Of a DNA stretch of 64,000 nt, positions 1-11,804 are shown piece by piece. The position numbers and the translations under genes were made by a program. The number at the start of each line of letters is the position of its first letter. Position 1 is the stretch's first letter. This DNA comes from Piromyces finnis finn (lineage: Eukaryota; Fungi; Neocallimastigomycota), in assembly GCA_002104945.1 (NCBI GenBank), contig MCFH01000020.1, positions 186,001 to 250,000 of the forward strand, written 5' to 3'. Under the pieces are notes generated by a model that saw only the letters and a list, made by a program, of their open reading frames with translations, ran no database searches and was not told where the DNA came from.

Positions 1-1723
1 ATGAACAAATTATTTATTGGAAATTAATTAAATATTATTTTTTTGCTTATACTTTATTTTATAATAATAAAAGCAATAATATTTAGAACTAACCTTAATT
101 TTATTGTTATTTATTTTTACTTATTTATTTATTTATTTTTTATTTTATTTTATTTTATTTTTTATTTTTTTATTTTATTTTTTTTTATTTAAAAGAGTTG
201 TTTTGAAAGTTTTTTTGTTTATTTATATGGATTAATAATTTTTCTTTTTTTTTTATTAATTTATAAATTTCATAATTAAATATCGTTTTAATATTGTGTA
301 ACATAAAATATCTCCCATAAAAACATGATTATTTACTATAGAATAAAAACCTGAATTAATAATATTGATTCTGCAAATATTTAATTGTATTGTATAACCA
401 ATATTAATAATGCTGTATAAAATGCGTTTTATTCATAGTAAACCTATTGTAAGTTTCTTCTTCGATATAATATTCTTGGGAGTATTCCTTTTTAATATTT
501 AAACAAATTTTTATACATTAATGTATCATTTTTATGTTTTATTTGTTTAGATAATTACCAATATATTTATAGGGATGTTACACATAAATCTACAGATATT
601 TTAAGATTAAAAAAAAAATATCATAATAAAAGAATGAAAAACGAAAAACGAGCTATATAAAAACATTGAAAAAAGATAAAGTCATTCTTAAATAAGTAAT
701 TAAACTAGGAATTTCTTTAAACTATATATAGCTAAAATGAGATAATCTATATTATAATTTTGAAATTTTTGTTTTTTTTGTGTCTAATTCTTTTTCTTTT
801 TTTTTTTTTTTTTTGTTAATTAATATAAAACAAATTTTTAATTAAATTATTCATTATTTGTATAAATTATTATTTTATTAAAATAATATATTTTAAAGAG
901 TTTAATTACGATAAAAAATTTTTTTAAGAATTTGTATCACCTTTATTTTTTTTCCATAACCAAATTTGGAAATGATTTAAAATTTTAATTTCTATGGAAT
1001 AGTAATAATATATATATATATTTTAATTATATATTATTCATATATTAATAAATTCACCTTTAAAAAAAGTTATTTAACGATCAATATTTAATTCTTTGAA
1101 AGAAATTAAACCTTCTATTACTAATGATAGTGGTTATTATTAATATAAAAATAAAAATAAAAATTAATAATTAAATAAAAAATACTAGAAAAAATAATAA
1201 AACAGTTTTTGTATAGTTTTATATTTGTTATTTTAAATATTTTTATTTTTCTTTATATAATAAATGATACTATAGTTTTTTTAAAAAATTATAAGAATGC
1301 CATTATAATTAAATAATTTTAAAAAAATATAATTTTCTTTCATTACAAAAGCTATATTTTTGTTATGTAAATAAGTAATGATTGTATATATATCTAATTA
1401 TTGGAATAGGTAATGAAATATACTATACTATAAATAATAAATATAATAGGTATACATACATTTTTAATACATTATTAATGGAATAATGGAAAATATATTA
1501 AAACAAAATATCTTTTTTTTTTAGATTTTTATTTATAGAACATAATATATATAAATAAACATATAATATATATACATAATTTGTACTCAAAAAAAAAAAA
1601 AATTAATAATTTGGAGTCTCTAATTTATATATACCAAATTATACATTAAAGATATAATAGTAATATTAAAAATATTCTTTTTTTTTATCAAATAGATATT
1701 TATCATATTTATCATCAATTCAT

Positions 1724-3949
1724 TTACCATCTGTTATTCCAACGATTGTTATTCCATCTTGATGTGGTAGTACGTCTTTTAGTAGTAGTAGTATGTCTTT
1801 TATTGGTCTTTCTTCCATTTCCTCTACAATTGTCATCAACAATACCACACCAATTACCATTCTCAATACCCCATTCTCCGGATTTATCAATATAATAAAC
1901 TTTACAACCATTACAACATGGGAAACCATAACTTCTTGACCAACATCTTCTACTATTTATAATATTACATTCTTTAGATTTAATACCACACCATTGACCG
2001 TTTTCTACACCCCATGATCCAGATTTATCAACAGTGATAACATTACATGATTTACAGCAGTTATATCCCATTGATTTTGACCAACAGTTTTTATCATCTT
2101 CAATTGGAGTTTCTACTGAAGTAGTAGTGATAGTAGTGATAGTAGTAGCAACAGTTGTTGTAGTAGTTGTAGTAGTAATAGTGGTGGTGGTTGTAGAAGC
2201 AGTTGTTGTAGTAGTTGTAGTGGTAGTAGTAGTAGTAGTAGTTGTTAAAGTTGGTTCATTTTCTGAAATTGAAGAAGTAATTGCAGAAGTTGGTTTTATT
2301 TCGTTTGTTTTTGTAGAGGTAGATGTAGTTGATGAGCATTTAACTGGATAATTAGCACAAACATAATCATAACGTTCTTGAATCCATTGTTTTATACCCA
2401 TACCAGATCCAACTTTAGTGTATTCAACATTTTTATCAAAATCATCATATGAAAAACCATTACCTCTACCTTTAGTATTAATGAATCCTGGTAAGGTACC
2501 ATTGACTGGGGTACGATCCTCAAGAATATATGGTGAAATCCAATTCTTGATTGAATCAATATGTGGAAATAGAATATCTGGATTAAAGGTTGTATCTAAA
2601 ATATTTTGAAGATTTTCGATAAATGTAGTATTATCATTTTTCATTAAAACATCTACAATATAACGATTATTATAATATTTATCAAATGGAGTAACAGCTG
2701 GATCTTCATAACCATTTATTCTAAGACTATGACCAAACATAGAATCAAAATCATAAATGAATAATAACCATTTACCATCAACTTGCTTGTATAAGAAATA
2801 GTTTTTACCATTGATCAAAGTGTGATCCCATGAACCAAGAAGGTATTCAAAAAGCCAGACATTTACAAATTCATCAACATCCATTATACTTTCAACATCT
2901 TTACGAGATTTTGCTGCATTAATAGTAGTAAGAAATTCACTAAATGATTCAGTTTTATTGACATATTTATCATTAACATTTGGACATTTTTTAAGATTAT
3001 TCACTGAAAGATTACACATCATTGATTTACATTGGTAAAGGTTTTCAACTTCTTCATCATCATACATTTTCTTAATCCATGAAGTTTTGTATGCATCAAT
3101 AAGAATATATAATCCCATGAATTCATTATTAATAAAGAGACGAGCATAATTTGCAGAAATAGATGGTACACCTAAACGATTTAAAATATCACATGAAATT
3201 TTGGCACGCATTAAAGTAGCATCTTCAACATTAGAACGAAGACGGAATACCTTTCTACCTAATAAATTACCATTTTTGATTTTAATATTATAACCTAACT
3301 TTGAAGAATTTTTAGAAAATTGACCTCCTACAGAAATAGTTACAGAATCAAAACTAGTTTTTTCACCATCTAAAATAAAATCAAGAGTAGCATCTTCTAC
3401 TTTATATTCTTCTTCATTTGAATCAAAATTAGGAGCAAAACCTCCATCTGCTGGTGGCTTAAATTCATTACCTCCAAAGTTTCCGTCTTGTGGTTGCTTA
3501 AATTCATTACCTCCAAAGTTTCCATTTTGTGGTGGTTTAAATTCATTACCTCCAAAGTTTCCGTCTTGTGGTGGCTTAAATTCATTACCTCCAAAGTTTC
3601 CATTTTGTGGTGGTTTAAATTCATTACCTCCAAAGTTTCCGTCTTGTGGTGGAGGAGGAGGCATACCATTATTATCTTTTTTGTTACCACCAAAATCTCC
3701 AAAACCACCAAAACCACCTACATTGGCCGAATCAATTAAAGACTTTAAACTATCTTCAGACATTGTAATATATATATCTGGAACATTATAATCAGTTTTT
3801 TTAAATAATTTTGCACGGTTAGCATTCTCTAAAAAGTTATCTTTAATGACTTTTGAAGAATTTACAACAGTATCAGCAGCTTTGACATTTAATAATGATA
3901 CTGCTCCAATTATTAATGTATATATACTATATTTTTTAATATATTTCAT
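1724..3949 (-). CDS. Secreted CotH kinase-family protein with Thr-rich linker and two fungal (non-catalytic, CBM10-like) dockerin domains; probable cellulosome component
   Basis: Intronless 741-aa ORF. N-terminal signal peptide; CotH motifs KVFRLRSNVEDATLMRAKISCDIL, LLGSWDH..NGKNYFLY, IYDFDSMFG; poly-Thr linker; two Cys-rich repeats CWS..GYxCC..C.V..D.SG.WGxENG.WCGI typical of Neocallimastigomycota dockerins. Confidence 0.93.
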   Translation of the reverse strand: MKYIKKYSIYTLIIGAVSLLNVKAADTVVNSSKVIKDNFLENANRAKLFKKTDYNVPDIYITMSEDSLKSLIDSANVGGFGGFGDFGGNKKDNNGMPPPPPQDGNFGGNEFKPPQNGNFGGNEFKPPQDGNFGGNEFKPPQNGNFGGNEFKQPQDGNFGGNEFKPPADGGFAPNFDSNEEEYKVEDATLDFILDGEKTSFDSVTISVGGQFSKNSSKLGYNIKIKNGNLLGRKVFRLRSNVEDATLMRAKISCDILNRLGVPSISANYARLFINNEFMGLYILIDAYKTSWIKKMYDDEEVENLYQCKSMMCNLSVNNLKKCPNVNDKYVNKTESFSEFLTTINAAKSRKDVESIMDVDEFVNVWLFEYLLGSWDHTLINGKNYFLYKQVDGKWLLFIYDFDSMFGHSLRINGYEDPAVTPFDKYYNNRYIVDVLMKNDNTTFIENLQNILDTTFNPDILFPHIDSIKNWISPYILEDRTPVNGTLPGFINTKGRGNGFSYDDFDKNVEYTKVGSGMGIKQWIQERYDYVCANYPVKCSSTTSTSTKTNEIKPTSAITSSISENEPTLTTTTTTTTTTTTTTTASTTTTTITTTTTTTTVATTITTITTTSVETPIEDDKNCWSKSMGYNCCKSCNVITVDKSGSWGVENGQWCGIKSKECNIINSRRCWSRSYGFPCCNGCKVYYIDKSGEWGIENGNWCGIVDDNCRGNGRKTNKRHTTTTKRRTTTSRWNNNRWNNRW
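3453..3647 (-). repeat. In-frame 39-bp tandem repeat x5 (PPQ[D/N]GNFGGNEFK) in the CotH N-terminal region
   Basis: Unit ggtggcttaaattcattacctccaaagtttccgtcttgt (+ strand) is repeated five times, alternating between two variants. Confidence 0.95.
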
Positions 3950-6459
3950 ATTGATTACTTATTATATATAATTTATGTATTTAAAATTGTGGTTTTTTTT
4001 AGTTTTATCTTTTCATAAAATGTTTTATTTTTAAAAAATTATTAATTTTTTATATTTAATATTACTAATTTATTTTATCAAAAAATAAAAAAAAAAAAGG
4101 TTGATTAAAATAATTATGTACAATTTTGACCTTTATAAATATGTTTATTAAATAATACTTGTGTAATATGAATGTAATATATAAAATTATAATAATTAAA
4201 TTTTAATTACTATAATAATATTTTATAATTAATAAATTTTTAATATAAAAATGTTATACAAAGTATTATGTTTTCTTAGTCTATTACATATTTGTAAATG
4301 ATATTATAGTTTTTAATAAAATATATGTAATAAATTTATAATTTTTTAAAAAAAAAAGTAATTGTTAGTGTAACCAATTTATTAAGTAATCAAGAATTAC
4401 TTATTGAATATAATCTAATTCCAAGAATTTAATTAAACTATATTAAAACCATTGGTTAAAATATTTTTTTAAATAGTTTGATAATATGTACGGCTTAATC
4501 TTAAAGAAAAATAAAAGAGTTTATTAAATATAATTTTGAAATATTTATATAATTTCATTTGTTATCTTATTTTTAAATTATAAAAGAAATCATTACTTTT
4601 TTAATATATGCCGTTAATGATTTATAAAAAAAAAAAAAAAAGAATATTGTTAATTATTATTTAATAATTTAATAGATTCTTGTTATGCAAAAAATATAAA
4701 TAAATATTTTATATTTTATAATACTATTATTAGATATTCAAGTATAATCTATATGTTAATATTTACTTTTTATTAACAAATAATTATTAAATATGTAATA
4801 CATTTAATATATATAAATAGAAAATTATGAATAATGATAAAAAACATATTTTATAAATATTAAAAGAAAAAGAAATATTTTTGTATACACATAACAAGCA
4901 ATCAATAACAAAAAAAGTTATAATTAGAATTAAACAATTTTTATCAAAGTTTTATTGATGATCTACCATAAAAAAAATTATTATTTTGGTAAAAATAATT
5001 TCAAGCATCTCTTAAATTATTTAAATTATTTGGATTTAAATAATTTGAAATTTATTATGATACATGCTTTTATGATTTCTTTTTTATTAATATCTTTTAT
5101 TAATAATTTTAAATTTCTTATTTAAATGAGTTGTTTTCTATTGTTTTATTGTTATTTATTATACTATTATACTATATATATGATTATTTTGTTTATTATA
5201 AATAAAAATTATCAAAAATAAAAAAAAATCTATATAAAATTTATTCCATATTTTATAATATCAGAAAAGCCATAAATTTATGTTATTAAATATTACCCTA
5301 ATCTATATAAATTTTATAAATCATTTCCTATATATTGATATTTAGAATTTTACTGAACTTTTTTAGTTTTTTTGTAGTCTTTGTAATCCAAATCTTATAG
5401 AGCCTTAAAGCTGGTTTCAATTTTTATTTCTATTAACCAATTATATTTTTTTTCTGATTTTATGTTCAATAAATTGAAAAAAATTTTTGTTAATAATTTT
5501 TATTATTAATATCTCATAATTCAAGATTAATGCAATCATAAAAATAATGTAGAATATTTTATATTTAAATAAATTGCACAAGCATAATATTCATTATATT
5601 TAATTTTATAAAATAATGTAATTCATATCATATACCATAATTATATTACATATTGTTAAATGTATTGAAATGTATTGTAATAAACATATTATATAAGCCA
5701 CAATATATTTGCTTATATGTACATAATGGTTCACTAGGAATATGTAAATTATTTAATAATTATAGCTCTCATTATTATAAATTATAATAGGTTAACTACA
5801 AAATCTAAAGATGATTTAATATACTTCCTACTGCTTCCTTTAGCCAGACAAAAATTTTTATACCAGATAAAAAAGTGGAAGAAGTTTAATTACACAACTT
5901 CTAACACTACTAATTTATATACTTTTTAGCCTAAAAGTTTTTTTTTCAAAGTTTAATATAATAATTGAGACTTTTTATTTTTATGCTTTTATTTTTTTTA
6001 AAAAAAAAAAAACATATAATCTTAGATTATTATTATATTTTCATATTTTCATCAATATCAATATAAAATATATATTTAAAATTAATAAATATAAGAAGTC
6101 TTTTAAATACTATAAAATATAAGTTATAATTTTTTTTTCTAGTTATGCTGCTCCTATATTTTTTTTTAACTATTTTATATAAATAACATTATAAATTAAT
6201 AAATAATTAAATAAAAGTCTAATTAGGATTAAAGAACTTGAATAAAAGAAATGAATTAATATAATAATTATATTTTATATTTTATTTACATTTCTTTTAG
6301 AAAAGAAATCAATTATGCTATCAATAATAATAACTTTATAAATAATTAAAAAAAATATAATTTTTTAATTAAAATCAAGTAAATATGAATAAAGAAATGA
6401 GTTGATATAATGTTTAATATTTATAATTTCTCATAATTAAAAAAACTAGTTATAATTTT

Positions 6460-6581
6460 CATTTTTATTAATTATATATTTTAATAATTGAATAATAATA
6501 AAAAAGATATATGATTAGATACATTTTTATTAATTATATATTTAATAATTGAATAATAATAAAAAAAGATATATGATTAGA
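6460..6581. repeat. About 60-bp intergenic tandem duplication
   Basis: catttttattaattatata..tttaataattgaataataataaaaaagatatatgattaga occurs at about 6460-6519 and again at about 6522-6581. Confidence 0.8.
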
Positions 6582-8179
6582 ATAATATTTATTATAAAAA
6601 TTATTGATATAATACTATAATATTATTATATTACATTTAATAAATTTATATAACAAATAAAGGGAAAAAATAACATAAAAATATATGAATATCATAATGC
6701 TTATAAAAATATTTAATATTATCTTTATATTGTATTTAATAAAAATATTATTAATTAAACAAAATAAAATATTTAAAGTTATTTTTTTACTTGATTTATT
6801 ATATATAATAATAAAAAGTATATATAATTAAATTAAATAAAAGTGTAATTATTAATTATAATATTAAAAAGCAAAGTAAAAATTAGTATTTTTAATTATT
6901 AAATATTAAATTACCCACATTTTGAAACAATAATAATTAAAATATTAAAGTTTAATATCTATAAATTATATAATAATTTTAATGTAAACATTCTGTATTT
7001 TTATTAATATTTTGGAAATAATTTTATTATTATTATTGATGACACAATTTTAATAATTAATAAAGTTATTGGCATAATTAAAAAAAAACGTTTTTATTTA
7101 CATATAAATTTTCCCTAAATATTATTATAAAAATTTATATTAAACTATATTTGTACTACTTTAACTATTTATTATTTAAATGAAATTTGTAAACCTTAGA
7201 TTAAATAGATAGATATACTAATAGATTTAATAGTTCAAATTTAAGAACTAATTCTTATTATTTATATTGCTTTATATATTTTAGGATGATAATTTTTATT
7301 ATCAATCAATAATGATTTAAAGTTATAGTGAAATAAATACCAATTGATATTTAAACTTAATTTGAAACAAAAAGTACAAATTTAACATTGAATACTAATT
7401 ACATTAATTAATAAATAAATGAGAAATCTTATTATATAATTTTAATGCATTATTAATATATAATATTTGATTTTTTAATAAAAAAAATCTCCAAAATTTA
7501 ATAAAATTTAATTGATTTACCTATCCCTTATTATTATTATCAATTATCATAACCCATAAGCCAATAAAAAAACAAAAAAATTTAATTTAATATATTATAT
7601 ATAAATATATTTATATAAAATATGTTTTTTATAGAAACATAATATTAAATGTTAAATTAAAACTTATATTTTTTTAGTTTATTTTAATTTAATTTTTTAT
7701 TTCAGTTCATATTTTAAATATTATAGTATATATTAATATGATACGCCACAAATAAAATGAATTTTATTATTATTAGTTTAAAAAAAAAGGAATACTTTAA
7801 TAATCATATTTCTTATCCTTATTAAAATTAGATAAGTGCAAATATCTATAATACTAAACTGGTATAACTTTATTCAAGAATTAGTGAAAGGAATAACAAG
7901 CCACATTAATATTATTTAATAAAAAAACTCCTGAAACTCTCAAAATTTTTAATCCCTTAAAAACATAAATTAAAAATAATATATTATCCCAAACTTTTTT
8001 ATTTCATATTTTCATTAATAAATAATTTTTTTTATTAATAAAATTAAAAAAAAAAAAAAAAAATAAAAGGAAATAATTTTTTTTTTTTTATTTACTTCTT
8101 AAATAGAATCTTTTAAATAGAATTAATATTTATAGAAAATAAAAATATGTTTAATCAATAAAAGTCATATGTATATAAA

Positions 8180-9715
8180 ATGAAATTACAAAAAAGATAT
8201 ATTATTTTAAAATTACTTATACTTTGGATAAGTTTAACTTTAAATTTTGTATTGTCAGAAATTATTTCAAATAAAAAAAATGTATCAACAGAAACTAATA
8301 GTAAAAAAACTATAAAGGGTTACTTCTATAATATATTTCCAAAAAATATTGATGAGAAAGAAATAAAGAAAATAATTATTTCCCATTTTGAAACAGTTCA
8401 ATCAATTCTTTTTGAAGGAAAGAATAATGATATAAAACTAGAAATTGAAATTTCTCCACAGATAAATTATACAGAATATAAAAGTATAATTAATAATGAA
8501 ATAAAATCTGCAAATTATCATTTCTTTCTTATAAAATTAAATACCCTTTTTGGTGATTATCAAAAGTATAAATCTATAAATATAAATAATAAAGAAGATA
8601 AATCATTTTATTTACAAACGATTCCAATAAATGGCAATAATTTACAATTTAAATTTAAAGATTATCTAGTCAAAGATAAAATAGAACTATTAGATTATAA
8701 TATAATGAATGATTGTAAATTAAATGAAAAATATTATGCATTACCATTTAGTTCATCATATAATTTTCTTTTTTATAATAAATATTTGCTTAATGCGATG
8801 GGTGTAGAAGAAAAAAACATTTTTTCATATAATGATATTGATAAAATTATAAAAAATTTCATGGAAATTCCACAAACTGAAAATTACAATAAGTATATAT
8901 TATCTTTAAATGAAAAAGAAAAGGTAACTAGCTTTTTTTTAGAAGGACTCTATGCCAACTCACCCGATAAATATAGTACATGTGTCCAATCTTATGGGGG
9001 AGGAACCAATCGCATTTTTAATCATATTAAGTGTAATGGTGAAAAAAATTTTTTCTATGAAAATGATGCTGAAAACTGGTTTAAAAGAATAAAACAATAT
9101 TTTGATGAAAATATTATACCAGCAGATTGTTTTAATTATTCTGAAGAAGATGCTTATGAAACTTTTAACCAAGGAACTACTTTATTTTTCAAAGGAAATT
9201 CAGAATCATATTTTAAGTTTATTAATAACAACATGAAACTTAGTAATTTAAATGAAGTAGGTGCAGTACTTTTACCAGAAAGTTTTTCAACTTATGATAG
9301 TTATGTTTTAATTGGTAATAATCATGAAAATTTTGAAAAGGAATATGAATCAATAGTTAAAACAATGACTATCCTTGTTTCCGATTCATTTCAGACAATT
9401 AAGGAACAAAGTCTTCAACTTTTGCCCTCAATTAATTATAAAAGGTACAAAGATAAAAACAAAGATAAAGATGGGAATACGCTTTATACATTATTATCAA
9501 AAATAAAACCCCTTTCTCTAACCCGAACTTTATTTAATAATGAAAGTAATAGTAATGATGAAATTTTAAAAAATATATATACAAACTTCGAAGATTACAT
9601 AAAAAATATTAAATCTTTAAATAAAAGATTTGATACTCAAAACACATTAAACAATAATATTAATAGTAATAGTAATAATAATGTTAATGCTAATATTAAT
9701 AATAGTAATAATAAT

Positions 9716-9794
<79 letters not shown>

Positions 9795-11232
9795 TTAATA
9801 ATATTAATAATAATGTTAATAATAATGTTAATAATAATAATGATATTAATAACAACAACAATAATGTTATTAATGATGATAATGTAATTAATAATATTAA
9901 TAATTATGATAATACTACTAATAGTAATGAAGATAATAATAACAGTAATAATAATGTTACAGATGAAAATCTAAATAAGTTGCTATCAAAAATTAAAAGT
10001 GATTTAAATATTTCTTATATTAAATATAATAGTACAACAGGATTTTTTAATATAATGTATTTTATTACTGGTATTCTCTTTTCTTTAATCTTAGTTGCTT
10101 TAGTTATTTATTATAAAGATAGCAGACTTATAAAGAAAGCTTCACCAAAAATTTGTGTATTATTTATTATTGGCAATACATCATTTTTCTTTGTACCAAT
10201 ATTTAATATTGGAATACCAAACAAAATATCATGTACTATTAATCATTATTTCATACATCTATTATTATCAATCGCTTTATCAGCATATTTAATAAGAATA
10301 TGGAGAATTATATCTAACAGTAAGACCAAAAAAATAGCCGGTATTTCAGTTACAGATAATTCATTAAATAGAATTATTACTTTCGTCATAAGTGTTCAAT
10401 TAGTTTTAAATATTTTATGGGATTCAGTATCTCCAAGAGATGCTGGTATTATAATAATACGAAATGATGAAAGAATAACAAATTGTTCAAGTATCAATGA
10501 TTCTACATTCAAAGGATTAACAATCATCATTAATATTTTGCTGGTAAATATTATTCTTTAATTATAATTATAATTTTTATTTTCATATAAAAAGACTACT
10601 TATTAACTATTTAAATTATTAATAAAAAATAGTTTATGCTTGATTTCTACCTTATTTTCAAATTAAGAAAATCACCAGAATATTATAAAGAATACCGATC
10701 ATTTATCACAACTACTGAAATTTTATTATTAATTATTACTTTATTTTCTGTTACTATTTTTTTGAATTTTAATTTCGAAACAGCAGAATTTATAAATAAT
10801 ACTGTGTCCTTTTTATGCGGAATTATAGTTTTATTTATTATAGTTTTACCAAAATTAAAGGCAGGTATTAATTCAGGAAGTAGTTTTAGAAAAAATATTG
10901 ATAATGGTTCTTCACAAGGTAGCCTAAATCATATGTTATTTAGTGATGGTAGTAATGTAAATGTAATTTCGTTTAAAGATCCAGAAGATGAGTATGATTC
11001 TAGATTTTTAAGTGAAAAGTTAATTACTCCATTTGATGGAGGTTTCCTAGTAAATAATGTAAAGAGTCAAAGATCGAAGAATAGTTCGAGTTCAGTAGTG
11101 AGTATGACTGAAAATCATTATTTTGAAAACCAAAATTATTTCGAAAGCGCAAATAGTAACATAAGTAGAAATAATAATGATATAGAATATCTTTATGAAA
11201 ATGTAAAATCATATGTACCAAAATTAAAATAG
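8180..11232 (+). CDS. Class C-like (7tm_3) GPCR with N-terminal bacterial-type extracellular solute-binding domain and Asn-rich linker; 2 exons (8180-10543, 10633-11232)
   Basis: Signal peptide; family-1 SBP-like motif KYYALPFSSSYNFLFYNKYLL; poly-Asn linker; seven hydrophobic segments with class C signatures (IKKASP after TM1, IP...C before TM3, KLRKSPEYYKE, terminal LPKL). GT-AG intron 10544-10632 joins the two ORFs in frame. Confidence 0.85.
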
Positions 11233-11804
11233 TAATTATAATATAGAAAAATACACCTTATTAGGATAAAATAATAGATAAAAATAAAATAGTAACAACA
11301 TTATGATGATTACTATAGATAAAAAAAATATTAATAGAATAACAATAATAAATAATAATAATAACAATTACAATTGAAAAACAAAACATATTTATAAAGA
11401 AAATAAATAATTAATCATTTTATTTTAGAATAATATTTCTTTTAAACATAAATATAACCATTACTATAACTATATATATTAAATATTAAATAAAGATTAA
11501 TTTAGTATATTTATGTTATTTATGTTATTATTATAATTATAATTTTTTATTTATATTATATGCAATTTTTTTTTTTCAAGAATAAAATACTCATTTAATA
11601 ATCAATTTTCTATTTCTATATTTTTATGTATTATGAAATTTGTATTATATATTTATTCTCAAACAATATTAAAGATAATAATTTAGTGTAACCAAAATAT
11701 AAAAAATTTGTTATATTAAAATTTTTTTAATATTAATTATTTATATAATAAAAAATTTAATAAAATATTTATTAAACAATTCTCTATTTTTATAATTGGT
11801 ATTC

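Noticed and set aside
330-600. Slightly GC-richer patches that might be pseudogene or TE relics (also about 5270-5420, 5700-5940, 62640-62830, 63720-63860)
   Set aside because: No open frame or recognisable motif on either strand.
2034-2351. Poly-Val, poly-Leu and poly-Ile ORFs (also 9637-9887, 29214-29537, 45899-46374, 51299-51845, 53973-54206, 56338-56529)
   Set aside because: Antisense or alternate-frame shadows of Thr/Asn codon runs or AAT microsatellites.
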